From Guillardia theta CCMP2712 (lineage: Eukaryota > Protista > Cryptophyta): 64,000 nt of DNA. Shown here one piece after another: positions 13,001 to 26,544 of the stretch. The stretch lies in contig NW_005434478.1 of assembly GCF_000315625.1 (NCBI RefSeq), positions 1 through 64,000 of the forward strand, given 5' to 3'. Position 1 is the first letter of the stretch. The number at the start of each line of letters is the position of its first letter. The position numbers and the translations under genes are program-made. The notes beneath the pieces are model-generated. The model did no database searches. It saw only the letters and a list, made by a program, of their open reading frames with translations, and was not told the DNA's origin.

Positions 13001-16000
13001 CATGTCGGACAACGGCAGATACGTACTTGTGATGCAAGATGATGGTAACTTGGTATTGTATGAGCTGGCATCGACCTCATCAACATCAAGTCTGATCCAT
13101 ACAGCTATCTGGAATACACAAACTAACGGGCACGGCCATGGTCCGTATTCACTGACGCTTCAAAATGACGGCAATGTAGTGCTGTATGATTCTACCAGGC
13201 AGGTCATCTGGACTGTGGGGGTGGTTGGATGGGGTGACGGACAACTCAACATCCGAAATGATGGCAACGTTGTCATTTCATGGAGCAATGGGAACACATG
13301 GACAGCAGGCACTGCAGGAACTGGCATCTGGCATCATTTGCACTGTCCCGGTGGTGATAACGGAATCGTACGTCTTGTAAATTGCAATGAGAGGGCTTGC
13401 CGTGTGGAAGTGATCCACCATCGTGAGTGGGGTACTGTCTGTGACGACTCATTTGGAAATGAAGATGCCGCAATAGTCTGTCGCTCCCTGGGATACTCGC
13501 CAGAAGGAGCAGTGCAAGTACAGGCGTTCGGTGGTGGCTCCGGTCCCATTTGGATGGACGATGTTCATTGTTATGGAAATGAACTAGAAATCACACACTG
13601 TCACAGTTCCGGTTGGGGTAACCATAATTGTGGTCACCAAGAAGACGTAGGTGTGTGTTGTCATGGCCCATCGACGACAGCTTTTACGCCGTCTCTGAAT
13701 CCCCCAGAGCTTCTGTGCCCTGGTGGTGACAATGGCGTGGTCCGTTTGGTTGCTTGTTCACCTGAAGCTTGCCGCGTCGAAGTCAACCATGGCGGAGCCT
13801 GGGGAACCGTTTGTGACGATGCTTTTACAGACACCAATGCCCAGGTGCTAATCCATCATTCTGTTTACATGGGTTTATTTTTATGCAGGTCGTCTGCCGC
13901 TCGCTGGGCTATTTGCCAGACGGTTCGGTTCAAGTGCAGAGCTTTGGAGGTGGAAGTGGACCAATCTGGATGGATAATGTAAACGCTATCTCTCTGAGAT
14001 TTTCTTTTGACTCTGGTATGAATTCAAGGTGGAATGCGGAGGTACTGAACCGGAGATAACTTGGTGTGCATCGAATGGATGGGGAAATCATAATTGTGCA
14101 CACTCTGAAGATGTTGGCGTATGCTGCATGGGAACAAGCACGTCAGCATTTTCGCCATCATCTAATCCGCCTGAAAGGCCTGTAGACGCAGTTCGATTGG
14201 TGCAATGTAGATTGGACGGCTGCTGCCGTGTGGAAATTGAGCATGCTGGAATTTGGGGAACTGTGTGCGACGACTCCTTCACCAACACCAATGCTCAAGT
14301 GGTCTGTCGACAAGTTGGGTGTTCGGCAAGCGATGCAACACAACGACAAGCATTTGGTGGCGGAGCAGGGACTATTTGGATGGATGAGGTGAGACTTATT
14401 TGATTTTCAAGGCCAAAATTTGACACACTCGACAGGTAAGATGCAATGGAAACGAACCAGGGTTGTCAGCATGCAGTTTCAATGGCTGGGCCCACCACGA
14501 CTGCTCGCACGGAGAGGACGTGGGCGTGTGCTGTCATCAATGTCCACCTGGAATCCGTCCAAATCCACAACCAGATGGCATAAGGCTCGTTGCTTGCAGA
14601 GGCGACGGGTGCTGCCGAGTAGAGGTGGAGCACGATGGGACGTGGGGTACGGTGTGCGACGACTCCTTCTCAGACGCCGACGCTCAAGTCGTGTGCCGAC
14701 AAGTCGGATGCCCGACGGGAGGAGCAAGGCAGATACAGGCTTTCGGAGGAGGGAGCGGGCCAATCTGGATGGACCAGGTGAGCTGCAGCGGAAGCGAACC
14801 AGGGCTATCTATGTGCAACTTCGACGGCTGGGCCCACCACGACTGCTCGCACGGAGAGGACGTGGGCGTGTGCTGTCAAGGCGGCTGCACGTCGGGAGGC
14901 GGGTCAGGAGGCGGGTCAGGAGGCGTCGCGACTCCGGGTCTCCGGCTCGTTGCTTGCAGAGGCGACGGGTGCTGCCGAGTAGAGGTGGAGCACGATGGGA
15001 CGTGGGGTACGGTGTGCGACGACTCCTTCTCAGACGCCGACGCTCAAGTCGTGTGCCGACACGTCGGATGCCCGACGGGAGGAGCAAGGCAGATACAGGC
15101 TTTCGGAGGAGGGAGCGGGCCAATCTGGATGGACCAGGTGAGCTGCAGCGGAAGCGAGGCCAGCCTGCCGACATGTCACTTCGACGGCTGGGCCCACCAC
15201 GACTGCTCGCACGGAGAGGACGTGGGCGTGTGCTGTCAAGGCGGCTGCACGTCGGGAGGCGGGTCAGGAGGCGGGTCAGGAGGCGTCGCGACTCCGGGTC
15301 TCCGGCTCGTTGCTTGCAGAGGCGACGGGTGCTGCCGAGTAGAGGTGGAGCACGATGGGACGTGGGGTACGGTGTGCGACGACTCCTTCTCAGACGCCGA
15401 CGCTCAAGTCGTGTGCCGACACGTCGGATGCCCGACGGGAGGAGCAAGGCAGATACAGGCTTTCGGAGGAGGGAGCGGGCCAATCTGGATGGACCAGGTG
15501 AGCTGCAGCGGAAGCGAGGCCAGCCTGCCGACATGTCACTTCGACGGCTGGGCCCACCACGACTGCTCGCACGGAGAGGACGTGGGCGTGTGCTGTCAAG
15601 GCGGCTGCACGTCGGGAGGCGGGTCAGGAGGCGGGTCAGGAGGCGTCGCGACTCCGGGTCTCCGGCTCGTTGCTTGCAGAGGCGACGGGTGCTGCCGAGT
15701 AGAGGTGGAGCACGATGGGACGTGGGGTACGGTGTGCGACGACTCCTTCTCAGACGCCGACGCTCAAGTCGTGTGCCGACACGTCGGATGCCCGACGGGA
15801 GGAGCAAGGCAGATACAGGCTTTCGGAGGAGGGAGCGGGCCAATCTGGATGGACCAGGTGAGCTGCAGCGGAAGCGAGGCCAGCCTGCCGACATGTCACT
15901 TCGACGGCTGGGCCCACCACGACTGCTCGCACGGAGAGGACGTGGGCGTGTGCTGTCAAGGCGGCTGCACGTCGGGAGGCGGGTCAGGAGGCGTCGCGAC

Positions 16001-16570
16001 TCCGGGTCTTCGGCTCGTTGCTTGCAGAGGCGACGGGTGCTGCCGAGTAGAGGTGGAGCACGATGGGACGTGGGGTACGGTGTGCGACGACTCCTTCTCA
16101 GACGCCGACGCTCAAGTCGTGTGCCGACACGTCGGATGCCCGACGGGAGGAGCAAGGCAGATACAGGCTTTCGGAGGAGGGAGCGGGCCAATCTGGATGG
16201 ACCAGGTGAGCTGCAGCGGAAGCGAGGCCAGCCTGCCGACATGTCACTTCGACGGCTGGGCCCACCACGACTGCTCGCACGGAGAGGACGTGGGCGTGTG
16301 CTGTCAAGGCGGCTGTTCTGGGTTAGAAAGCGTTGGTCAACCTGCTGTTCTTCATTCAAAGATTGTCAGTTTGCTCCACAAGTAACTTGTCGTATCTTTC
16401 TACTCTTTTCTCATTCATTTGCAGGCAACGTTCCCTGAAAGAAGGATTTCAGAATAGCAAGTTGCCGGTCTTTTTTTAGTCTTTGTTCAGATTGTTCTTT
16501 TTATTATCTTTTCAGATCCACGGTTGGCATCCGCGAAGACCTGGTGCATCGCGGCGACGCTTTATAAGTT
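10092..16570 (+). CDS. Membrane-anchored multidomain receptor-like protein: TM anchor, poly-Pro, three PA14-like domains, bulb-type (B) lectin, eight SRCR domains
   Basis: PA14 pattern [26 protein letters not shown]-lectin [12 protein letters not shown] and [10 protein letters not shown]. Repeated SRCR motifs RVEV.H...[24 protein letters not shown]. The 3' end depends on splice choice. Confidence 0.85.
14484..16316 (+). repeat. In-frame tandem array of five near-identical SRCR units (360 bp period, one 348 bp)
   Basis: GGCTCGTTGCTTGCAGAGG starts at 14584, 14944, 15304, 15664 and 16012. The last interval lacks one 12-bp GGSG linker copy. Identity extends back into the end of the preceding domain at ~14484. 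Confidence 0.95.
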
Positions 16571-17030
16571 AAAGCTTTATAGTAGCCTTTGATTCTTTTA
16601 CTTTCAAGTTTGAAAGAAGTTTTTGTTTTCGGAGTGGTTGACTCAACCGTCTTGCCTAGTACCGTCAAGCGTGCTCGCATGGCCTCACACCACACTCAGG
16701 CCGCTCCATTAGCGCCATACAGCCGCTGAGTGGAGCCTCGGAGCCCGGCAATGGGCCGGGCCACGCGGTGACCTCAGAGGCTCCTGCAGCAGCTCCTGCA
16801 GCAGCTCCGGCAGCTCAGGGCACTGCTCCACCAGGCACTGCTCAGGGCAGGGCTGACTGTGCGGGGAGGAGGGCCGCAAGTCGGGGTAAGCGGGGGGAAG
16901 AGGCAGTTGGTTATTTTCGGAGTGTGGCAACGATGGGCGGAGGGAAGTTCGCAGGACCATCCGCAGCGGCCGTCATGGCAGCCGTCATGGCCGGTAGAAT
17001 CATACTAGATTGACTAGATAGTGTACACCG

Positions 17031-17784
17031 ATGTCTCGGCGTGCTCATGTGCCTGTTTTGTTGGCAGGTTTGGCTCTGATACTCGCTTGTTCGCATTCGT
17101 GGAGTGGCAGTAGGAGCAGCGGCTTGTTAGAAGGAGGGGGGTTTCTCGGTGACTTGCCGTGAGTGAACAGTGTAATATTTGTGTTACTCAAGCTCTGACA
17201 TGCTATTGTAGAAAAGGTGGGGAGACGGGAAGACAGACTGTCAAGGAAATGAAGGCATTGCTCAAGGACACAGCCAATAAGAAACAGCTGCAGAACAAAC
17301 TCGCAACAAAACTGCTGGGCAGAGCTGCACAACATGTGCATAATGCAAAGGCAAGAGCAGCGGCGGCGGCGGCAGCTGCCGAAATTGAGAAGATTCTTGA
17401 CGTACCAAGCGCGAGAGACATCGTAGAAGGACATTCCAGGGACCACTCACAGACATCGGATGTGAAGGTAAAGCCATCTCACAAGCTCAAGCTGGCAACA
17501 TGGCTCAAGACCCCCAAAGGAAAGTTACCTGTACGTGCTGCGTGTACAGTCTGACATGCTCGCAGATGAAGGCAAATTCAGTTACTCTAAGAAGCAGCTC
17601 GAACGAACATCGAGTCCTTGTGCCACACGACATGATTATGAATGCAACGAGATGGACGCAGCGTCACAAGCACATGGCTGGTCTGACACTCCAGATAGAA
17701 GGTGTAAACTGTATTTCGAACCCTTGGTTGCTGATAACGATCTGCAGTGTGATGGGCGCGTCGAATTATGATTCACAATATTAG
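17031..17784 (+). CDS. Hypothetical protein with N-terminal hydrophobic signal
   Basis: The ATG at 17031 gives MSRRAHVPVLLAGLALILACSHS. It continues through the 17159-17554 frame and short introns. Confidence 0.45.
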
Positions 17785-18257
17785 AACTGTCGAGATGATA
17801 CCATGCTCTGTTGCTGGTGAAAAATCCGTGCACGGCTAGAAAGAAATCCTTGTGTTTGAACTCTTAACTCAAATGCTCAGCCTAGAAAGTGTAAAATGCA
17901 ATGAGTAAATGCAAAAGAAAATTGATTCACTTCTTGTCAAGTATCTGCCTTTGAGATCAAGTTCACAGCTTGTCAAGTTCTAGTTAGCATCGTCTCGGGT
18001 TCCATGACAGATTCACAACTGACGTCTGGGCTCACACGGCTGACTGTAGCTGTTCACGCACCGTACGGGGTCGGACGGCTGGCTTCTTTTTGTGCACAGA
18101 TCTGCCCCAGAATAAGATTAAGACAAGAGAAGAGGCAGCGAAAGACTCCTAGATCAATTTTATTAAGAGCAATTTTGGCCACCGCATGCAAGGTACCTCT
18201 GCTCTGAGGCAGCCCCACAAGGGCGTGAAAACTGTGAAGGCGGGAAAGCAGCGGCTC

Positions 18258-21200
18258 ATGCCTCGGTTCGTGGGGTTGCATCAGGGGGATGAGGAGGATG
18301 GACAGGAGGAGCACGAGTCTCTTGAACTTCAGGTCTCCTCTCCTCTCCTTCTCTTTTCCTTCTCCAATGTTGTCCTCTATCTCCTTGTCATCGTCTTTCC
18401 TTTTCCCTTTTCCACTTTCGTTCGATTCTCACCTCGCCCCTGTTCTTCGAAAACACGTTCTTCTCGCTCGCCCTGATGCCGGTCTAGGAAGCACGCGTTC
18501 GACGTGCATATCAGCGGGGACTTCAACTCCTAGCAGAAAGCAAAGTTGAGGAAGCAGAGCGGGAACTCCAGGGGACCTTGAAAGATCAAGCTTTTGCCAG
18601 GGATGTTTGCTCCAATTCGAAGTACAACACTCTCAGACAGGTTCGATATCTCTGCCTCAAGAATCTTTCAAAGATAGCAGAAGATAGAAAGGACGTAGAG
18701 ACGGTAAAGTTAAAGACGCTCGTTCATTCCTGACAATCTCCGTAGGCGATGAAGCAACTGGGCGAAGCCCTCGCGCTTGACGACAGGGACATTGTAGTAT
18801 GGATAAAGTTGGGGGGGCTGGCGATGGAGATTAGGAAGTACAATGTTGCTCGCTATGCTTATGAGCAAGGGCTCAAGCTGAGGCCAAATCACCCAATCTG
18901 CCTCGAGAAGCTCTGTGAGGTTGCTTTTGTCCTCGGTGATATATCAACCTGTCAGACGTCCATTTGTCAGCTTGAAGCGCATTTTCCCTTCCATCCCCGG
19001 GCAAAGAGATTGAGAGATCTGTGTGATGAGGGACATTTGAGGACAAGCTATGATACCTCAGAACATGACGATCACCTTAACATGTTGAAAGACCTGCGGA
19101 ACAAACGCCCGCGTGTCGAAACTCAAGCACCAGTGTGTGTAACCTTGGTAGTCAAGGAATGTTCGTGGTTCAGTTTTCTTGTTACATTGACAGAAGTTTT
19201 GGATTCAGATGTATTTCGAAAACATCCATGTTCTAACGCTAGAATCGTTATACACGAACAAGAGATCTGTGATCTTCCCTCAACGAATTCGTTTTCAGTG
19301 AAATCAATTGATATCCTCTTTGACTCCGATGAAAGGAAGCAAGCTGAATCATATCTCCCAGAGAAATCACTTTGCCTTCGATGCGGAGGAGACGATGAGA
19401 CAGGAGATCGCCTCGTCTTATGTGAGAATTACGACACATGCGGAGGAGCTTATCATTTGGCGTGTCTTGATACCCCTCTGCGGCAGATACCTTCTGGAGA
19501 CTGGTTTTGTCCAACTTGTCTTCAGAAGATTACAACTTCGGATGATTCAAGTAGACCCGATGTCGTGTCAGACAGCCAACAACCTCGGTCTTTGAATTCA
19601 CTGCAACAGGTTGACGTTTTACATGCGGATGGATCCAGGGACTCGATAGCGAACAGTTCTCCTGGCAAAAGTCCGAGAGGTCGTAGGAAAGGCAGGATTT
19701 CAGAAAATTCCTTACAACCTAGAAAGACCCTGCGGCGAAATTGTGTTCTCAACAAGCCTGTTGCAGCTGAAAGTTTGCAAAAATTGCTCGATCTCGTTGC
19801 ACATTCTGATTCTCTTGGGGATGTTGTTGAAACTCAAGCTAGCTCTGAATCAGCACAGAATGAATCACGTGTTGAACTGAATCCGGTGGAAACCAAACAG
19901 AGCAAGCAATATCCTATTTCGCTAAGCCGTGTTGATATGTTACATCATGTAAAGGACATTCATGGAGTCCAAAAAGATGAGTTTTTGTCATTTGTGGAAG
20001 GATTACCGAAGACTTGTTGCATCTGGGAGCTAGTTCATAGAGTTGTGAACCATCTTGCCATCATGTCAAGCAAGTATAGGGTGGGTTTGGCTTTGAGCTC
20101 TTTCCAGACTGATTTGTGATATTTTTGCAGATCCGAGGCAAGCTGCTAGAATGTCTCATGGGAATGGTCAAACGGGTATGGCACACAATTAAACTTGAAC
20201 CTTGTGCCATCCTTAGCTTGTCAGAGATATGGTATGACGTGGAATCGAAAATGAATGCTGCACACATGTCGTCCAATGAGACAGATGACAAGTACGAAAT
20301 GGAGGTTCCATATGAGAATTTGCAGGAAACAGATTTTAGATTTTTGTATGAATATCTTTATGAGATTGATTTCAAAGGCATTGAGGAAAAGGTGAGACGG
20401 CTCTGGCTTCTTGCAAGGATTTTTTCCAGACGCCAAGAAAAGCAATCGACGTTGGATGCTCTGAAGCAGATATACAATCTCCTACCTGAGGATTTTCCAC
20501 CTATCTGTTTACCAAGCTGTGTCTTTGAAAATATTATTAGCAGAGAGATGATTGCTGACGGCATTGCAATCGAAGAGGAATTTCTCAGAGACCAAACTCT
20601 TGAAAGAAAAATACAAGGGCTTGGACTAGAGTTGTCTAGATCAACTTCAGATACTCTCAGTATTCAAGAAACTGCGTCCAAGACTATCTCAGAGCTGCAA
20701 CCATTCCTCATACCACCACATGCGGAAAGCTCTGGATGGTTGATACGTCAAGTTCAATGTATCGATTCATCCTTCAATCGCAGGTTGCATCAAGTAAAGC
20801 AATTCTGCAAAGCTTGTTCTCAGCTTCCGGATAAACTGAGGGAGCATATCTACGTCCTTAACATGGTACTTGCAGAGGCATTGCAAGTCAAAGATATCTT
20901 CAATGAAAGCTCTGATGATACGCTGTAAATCATCACTTTTGAAGTCTAGATATCTGAAATATGTGTGCAGGTATCAAGAACTGCACGGAGAATGGAGTGA
21001 GAGAATAGAAGTGTTGCTAGAACTACTGTCAAACTTCGTCGATGCAATGGATAACGCGACTGAAGATATGAAGAAATCTTTGCAATCGATGCTTCATCAG
21101 CTGGAAGTCCAAATAGCAAGGTTAACGTACAAGCTTGGCTGTTCTAGAACTTTTGTTGACCAATTTCATTCAATTTGTGTAACTTTCTACAATTTTTTCT

Positions 21201-24200
21201 GCAAATCTAAGCAGGACTTGGATTTTTCCAAAGAACAAGAAGTGCTGTCATGGATTTTGGACGAGTTTCTCCGACGAAATATTCTTCAATCGTATGCATA
21301 CGATGTTCCCAAGTTATATCTGGCAAAGCTTCATGACTGGTATTATCGCCTACAAATGAACAGGCAGAAGGCAAACAAAAGTGAAGAGGAATCCAGCTCC
21401 GAAGAGCAGGAGGATGGTTTGGAGCATTTATACGAGGAGCTGGCAAAATGCTATTTCGTGATATTCCGTGTGAAGATAAGTAAGTCCCAGCGTATTCGGT
21501 CGATATACGATGACGTGGATGCCTTGTATAATTCGTTCTATGAAACACCTTTTACCAAAAAAAAATCGATTCCCAAAGGCTCAATTCAGGATGTCCAAGC
21601 GGAAAATTTGAGCCGACATGACTGTGTCAAGTTCTGGAAGTTTTTAGATTCCAAATTTCAACTTTCGCACGAAGCGAAACCTCGTTCGGATCTTAGGGAA
21701 GCTCTCTTGGCAGTAATTTCTATAATTGGTGAACCTCCAGAAAGTCTGTTTCGGGGCAAGGACATTGTTACAAACTATTTCAATGAGACTCCTTTCGTTG
21801 ACAAGTGTCCAGATGCTGAAGCTTTGGTTCCAGACTTCTCTAAGGTTATCTCAAAATGGAAAGAAATCACATCAGGGGTTAATGATACTGAAGAATATGA
21901 TGACGCTTTCAAAATCTATAGAGATATCTATTTTCACCTTGCTTTGTGCCTGAACAAAGCAGACAAACAAAAAGCAATAGAATTCTTCCTTAGAGATTTG
22001 TGGATATGTCCACTTAGAAAGGAAAGTTGGTCTAGACTTGCAGATTTGTATGAAGACATGATGTTCTCCCATGAAGAATATGGCATAAGGTATCTATCCC
22101 TTCGAATAATTCTTTCCTCACACCTGTATTCCTAACATTTCTTTTCAGGTGCTCCCTAACCCTTCATTACTCAATCCAGAGCCAGCAATGTCTCTGCAAT
22201 GCTCTGCTTGCGAATGCGGCTGTTATTGCTCTTGAGCCGGATAACAAAGACTCGAGGAAGGGAATCGGTGTTTTGCTTTACTTGATCACCCAGGGCTCAG
22301 CCAAGCCCCCCTTTTCTCGTCCAACTGAATGGATTCACAAGATCAGAGTGCGTGCTTATGAGGAATTCTTGATTGCGCAGAAAAATAATCGAGAAAATGA
22401 TTGGACTTGTGCTTACTACTGTGGAAAGCTCTCTTGGAAGCTTGGAAAAGTAGATGTTTGTCTAGAGCATCTGTTCCTTGCGGCTTGTGCGAATTCTGAA
22501 GATGAAACTTTGGGCGTGGAGCCGCTTTACAAACTTCATTCAACTCGAAGCAAGTTATCACTGAGCAAAGGGTGTGATCTGGATCTGCTAAGGAAGTATT
22601 CCTTGGAAATTTGCATGTCAAGAAATCTCAATGAGGGAATTAGTCGAAAATTTGGCATTGAAAAGCCCTGTGTTGATGTATCTAAACAATATGCAAAGGC
22701 ATGCAAGGAGCAAGATGAATTTCAAAATTCTGTTGGTTCTAACAAAAATTCTTCTTTGACCGATAATCAATTGTTAGTGCTAAGGGATGCTATGATTGCT
22801 ATGCGAATCGCGATAAATACAAACAAGAAATATTGTTGCTCAAGATACAGGTATCGATTGGCGTGGCTTATGAAGCAATTCATTCAAGATGACAAGCAAG
22901 AATCTGCCAATAAAGAGCTGGCAGACAACCTGAACCCAATATTCTTTAGCGATAAAGGTGACCTGCATGCAGCTGGTAATATTGAACGTAGATTGAGCAA
23001 CTATTTGAAAGACAGTGATGAAGAAAGTGTTGCGAGCTGGAGCAATTTGCACACACACATTCGACAAAAGAACAAATTAATCACGTTCCTGGGCCGTGTT
23101 TTGCGATATTCTTCTTTCTGGACTGTGGCAATTGACAAGATTGATAAACTTTTGGATTCTTTACTAAAGGAGGAGAGGATCAGATCTAAGTATGACAACA
23201 GTGTCCAAAAATCACATTCTGTCATGGACTCAATCCAAAATCTTGTGCAGAATATGTATGATATGATTGTGCAAATTTCCCTCCAAAATGATACTGAATC
23301 GTTGAACGTTTCATTTATGAAAGCTGGCAAATTGAGAGAGCTGCTTTACAACGCGGACAGAGAGATATATTCTCGTCTTCAAATAGATGTCAGTCTACAG
23401 GTTTCGAGTGCAGACAAGGCCAAGCCAGTGTTCATAGAGAGCATCGATTGCCCTGTCACCGAACTTTTCGGTTGGACCTGTAAACGTTTCTGCGAAAGCA
23501 CGAATACGCCCTACAATGAAACCGGCACCAGTTCCGGAAAAGGCGTCCTATGCACAGCTGTGGGAATCTGGAAGGGGAAAAGTTATGAGAAAAGAATCAG
23601 ACCTCCGCAATCTCAGAAAGTGCAGGAACCATCACACGCCATTCACACTGTGGAGAATAAGGAGGACCACGACACAACGAAGGGAAAAGATGCAAACTCT
23701 ACAATAACCTTGATTGAGCTGTCTGCAAGTATGGATGATTCCAAGAATTCCCCTTCGGACAAAGATGTCAGTCATGCTGACGTTGAACTAGATTCAGAAT
23801 CAAATCGTGACAAGACCAACATAAAAGACCGTAGAATGCTTGCGATCCAAGATGACAGCTCGATGCGACCAAACGCAGAGGCTAGCGGGAAAGGATGCAA
23901 CGATAACTTCGAGACACAAGACACCAATGCGATGATGGATGTTTCTGAAACGGAAAACGCAATGAATCGTTCCTTCATGGAGGAAGATTCTTCTGTTGGC
24001 CACCAAATCGACTCAGGTCAAGTGGAGGAGAAAAACATGCACGACAGTCATGTGGATTCTGAAGCCCAAGACCATGACGAGGCATCCAGAGAGAAGGCGA
24101 TCAGGGAGACTGATGCTGATGAAACGATCGTCATAGACGACGGCCCCGTCGACGAGGCCAACGACAAGGAGACTGAGAGTGCGGTAGATGGGTCATTGAA

Positions 24201-24405
24201 CAAAGACTTGGAAATCTTGCCCGACCAAGCAGGTGTGGAAGGCCGAACAGGAGAAGTACATGATGAATCCTTGACTCGATTGTCACTTCCTCAAGACGCG
24301 GAAGACTTGACTTCGATGTTCGTGCTTGCCGATGATGTGCTGTGCGAAGTTTCCATACCTTCAGGTGCATGCGGCGGAGACCAGCTAGAATTGGAAGATT
24401 TTTGA
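18258..24405 (+). CDS. CABIN1: Cabin1/HIR3-like TPR protein (HIRA histone-chaperone complex) with an internal PHD finger
   Basis: [38 protein letters not shown] matches the Cabin1 N-terminal TPR pattern. [16 protein letters not shown] and [19 protein letters not shown] are also Cabin1-like. PHD: [32 protein letters not shown]. Confidence 0.75.
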
Positions 24406-24444
24406 ACATGATAAACGAAAATCCCTCTTCAACAATGTAGATCT

Positions 24445-26368
<1,924 letters not shown>

Positions 26369-26490
26369 TTCGGAGCCACAAACTTTTGTTGTACCCTACC
26401 TCTGTGGAATACCGATGGTACCACCCCACGTTTCTACAAGGAAAGGACCCCCTCCCCCTATATGGTGCGCATACGAGATGTTTTAAGATC

Positions 26491-26544
26491 TTACTCAAAG
26501 TTAAGTTAAAAATCAGTACAAGGACAATCAGGAGAGTAGAGGCT
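26491..26544 (-). mobile_element. Retroelement 3'-end fragment abutting the Fanzor relic
   Basis: Reverse complement AGCCTCTACTCTCCTGATTGTCCTTGTACTGATTTTTAACTTAACTTTGAGTAA matches 5913-5969. Confidence 0.8.

Noticed and set aside
14584-16316. Regular repeat array considered as CRISPR-like
   Set aside because: No unique spacers; the units are whole protein domains.
14420-16438. 672-aa Arg-rich ORF and 516-aa antisense ORF
   Set aside because: Alternative frames of the GC-rich 360-bp SRCR repeat; only the SRCR frame has a recognisable domain.
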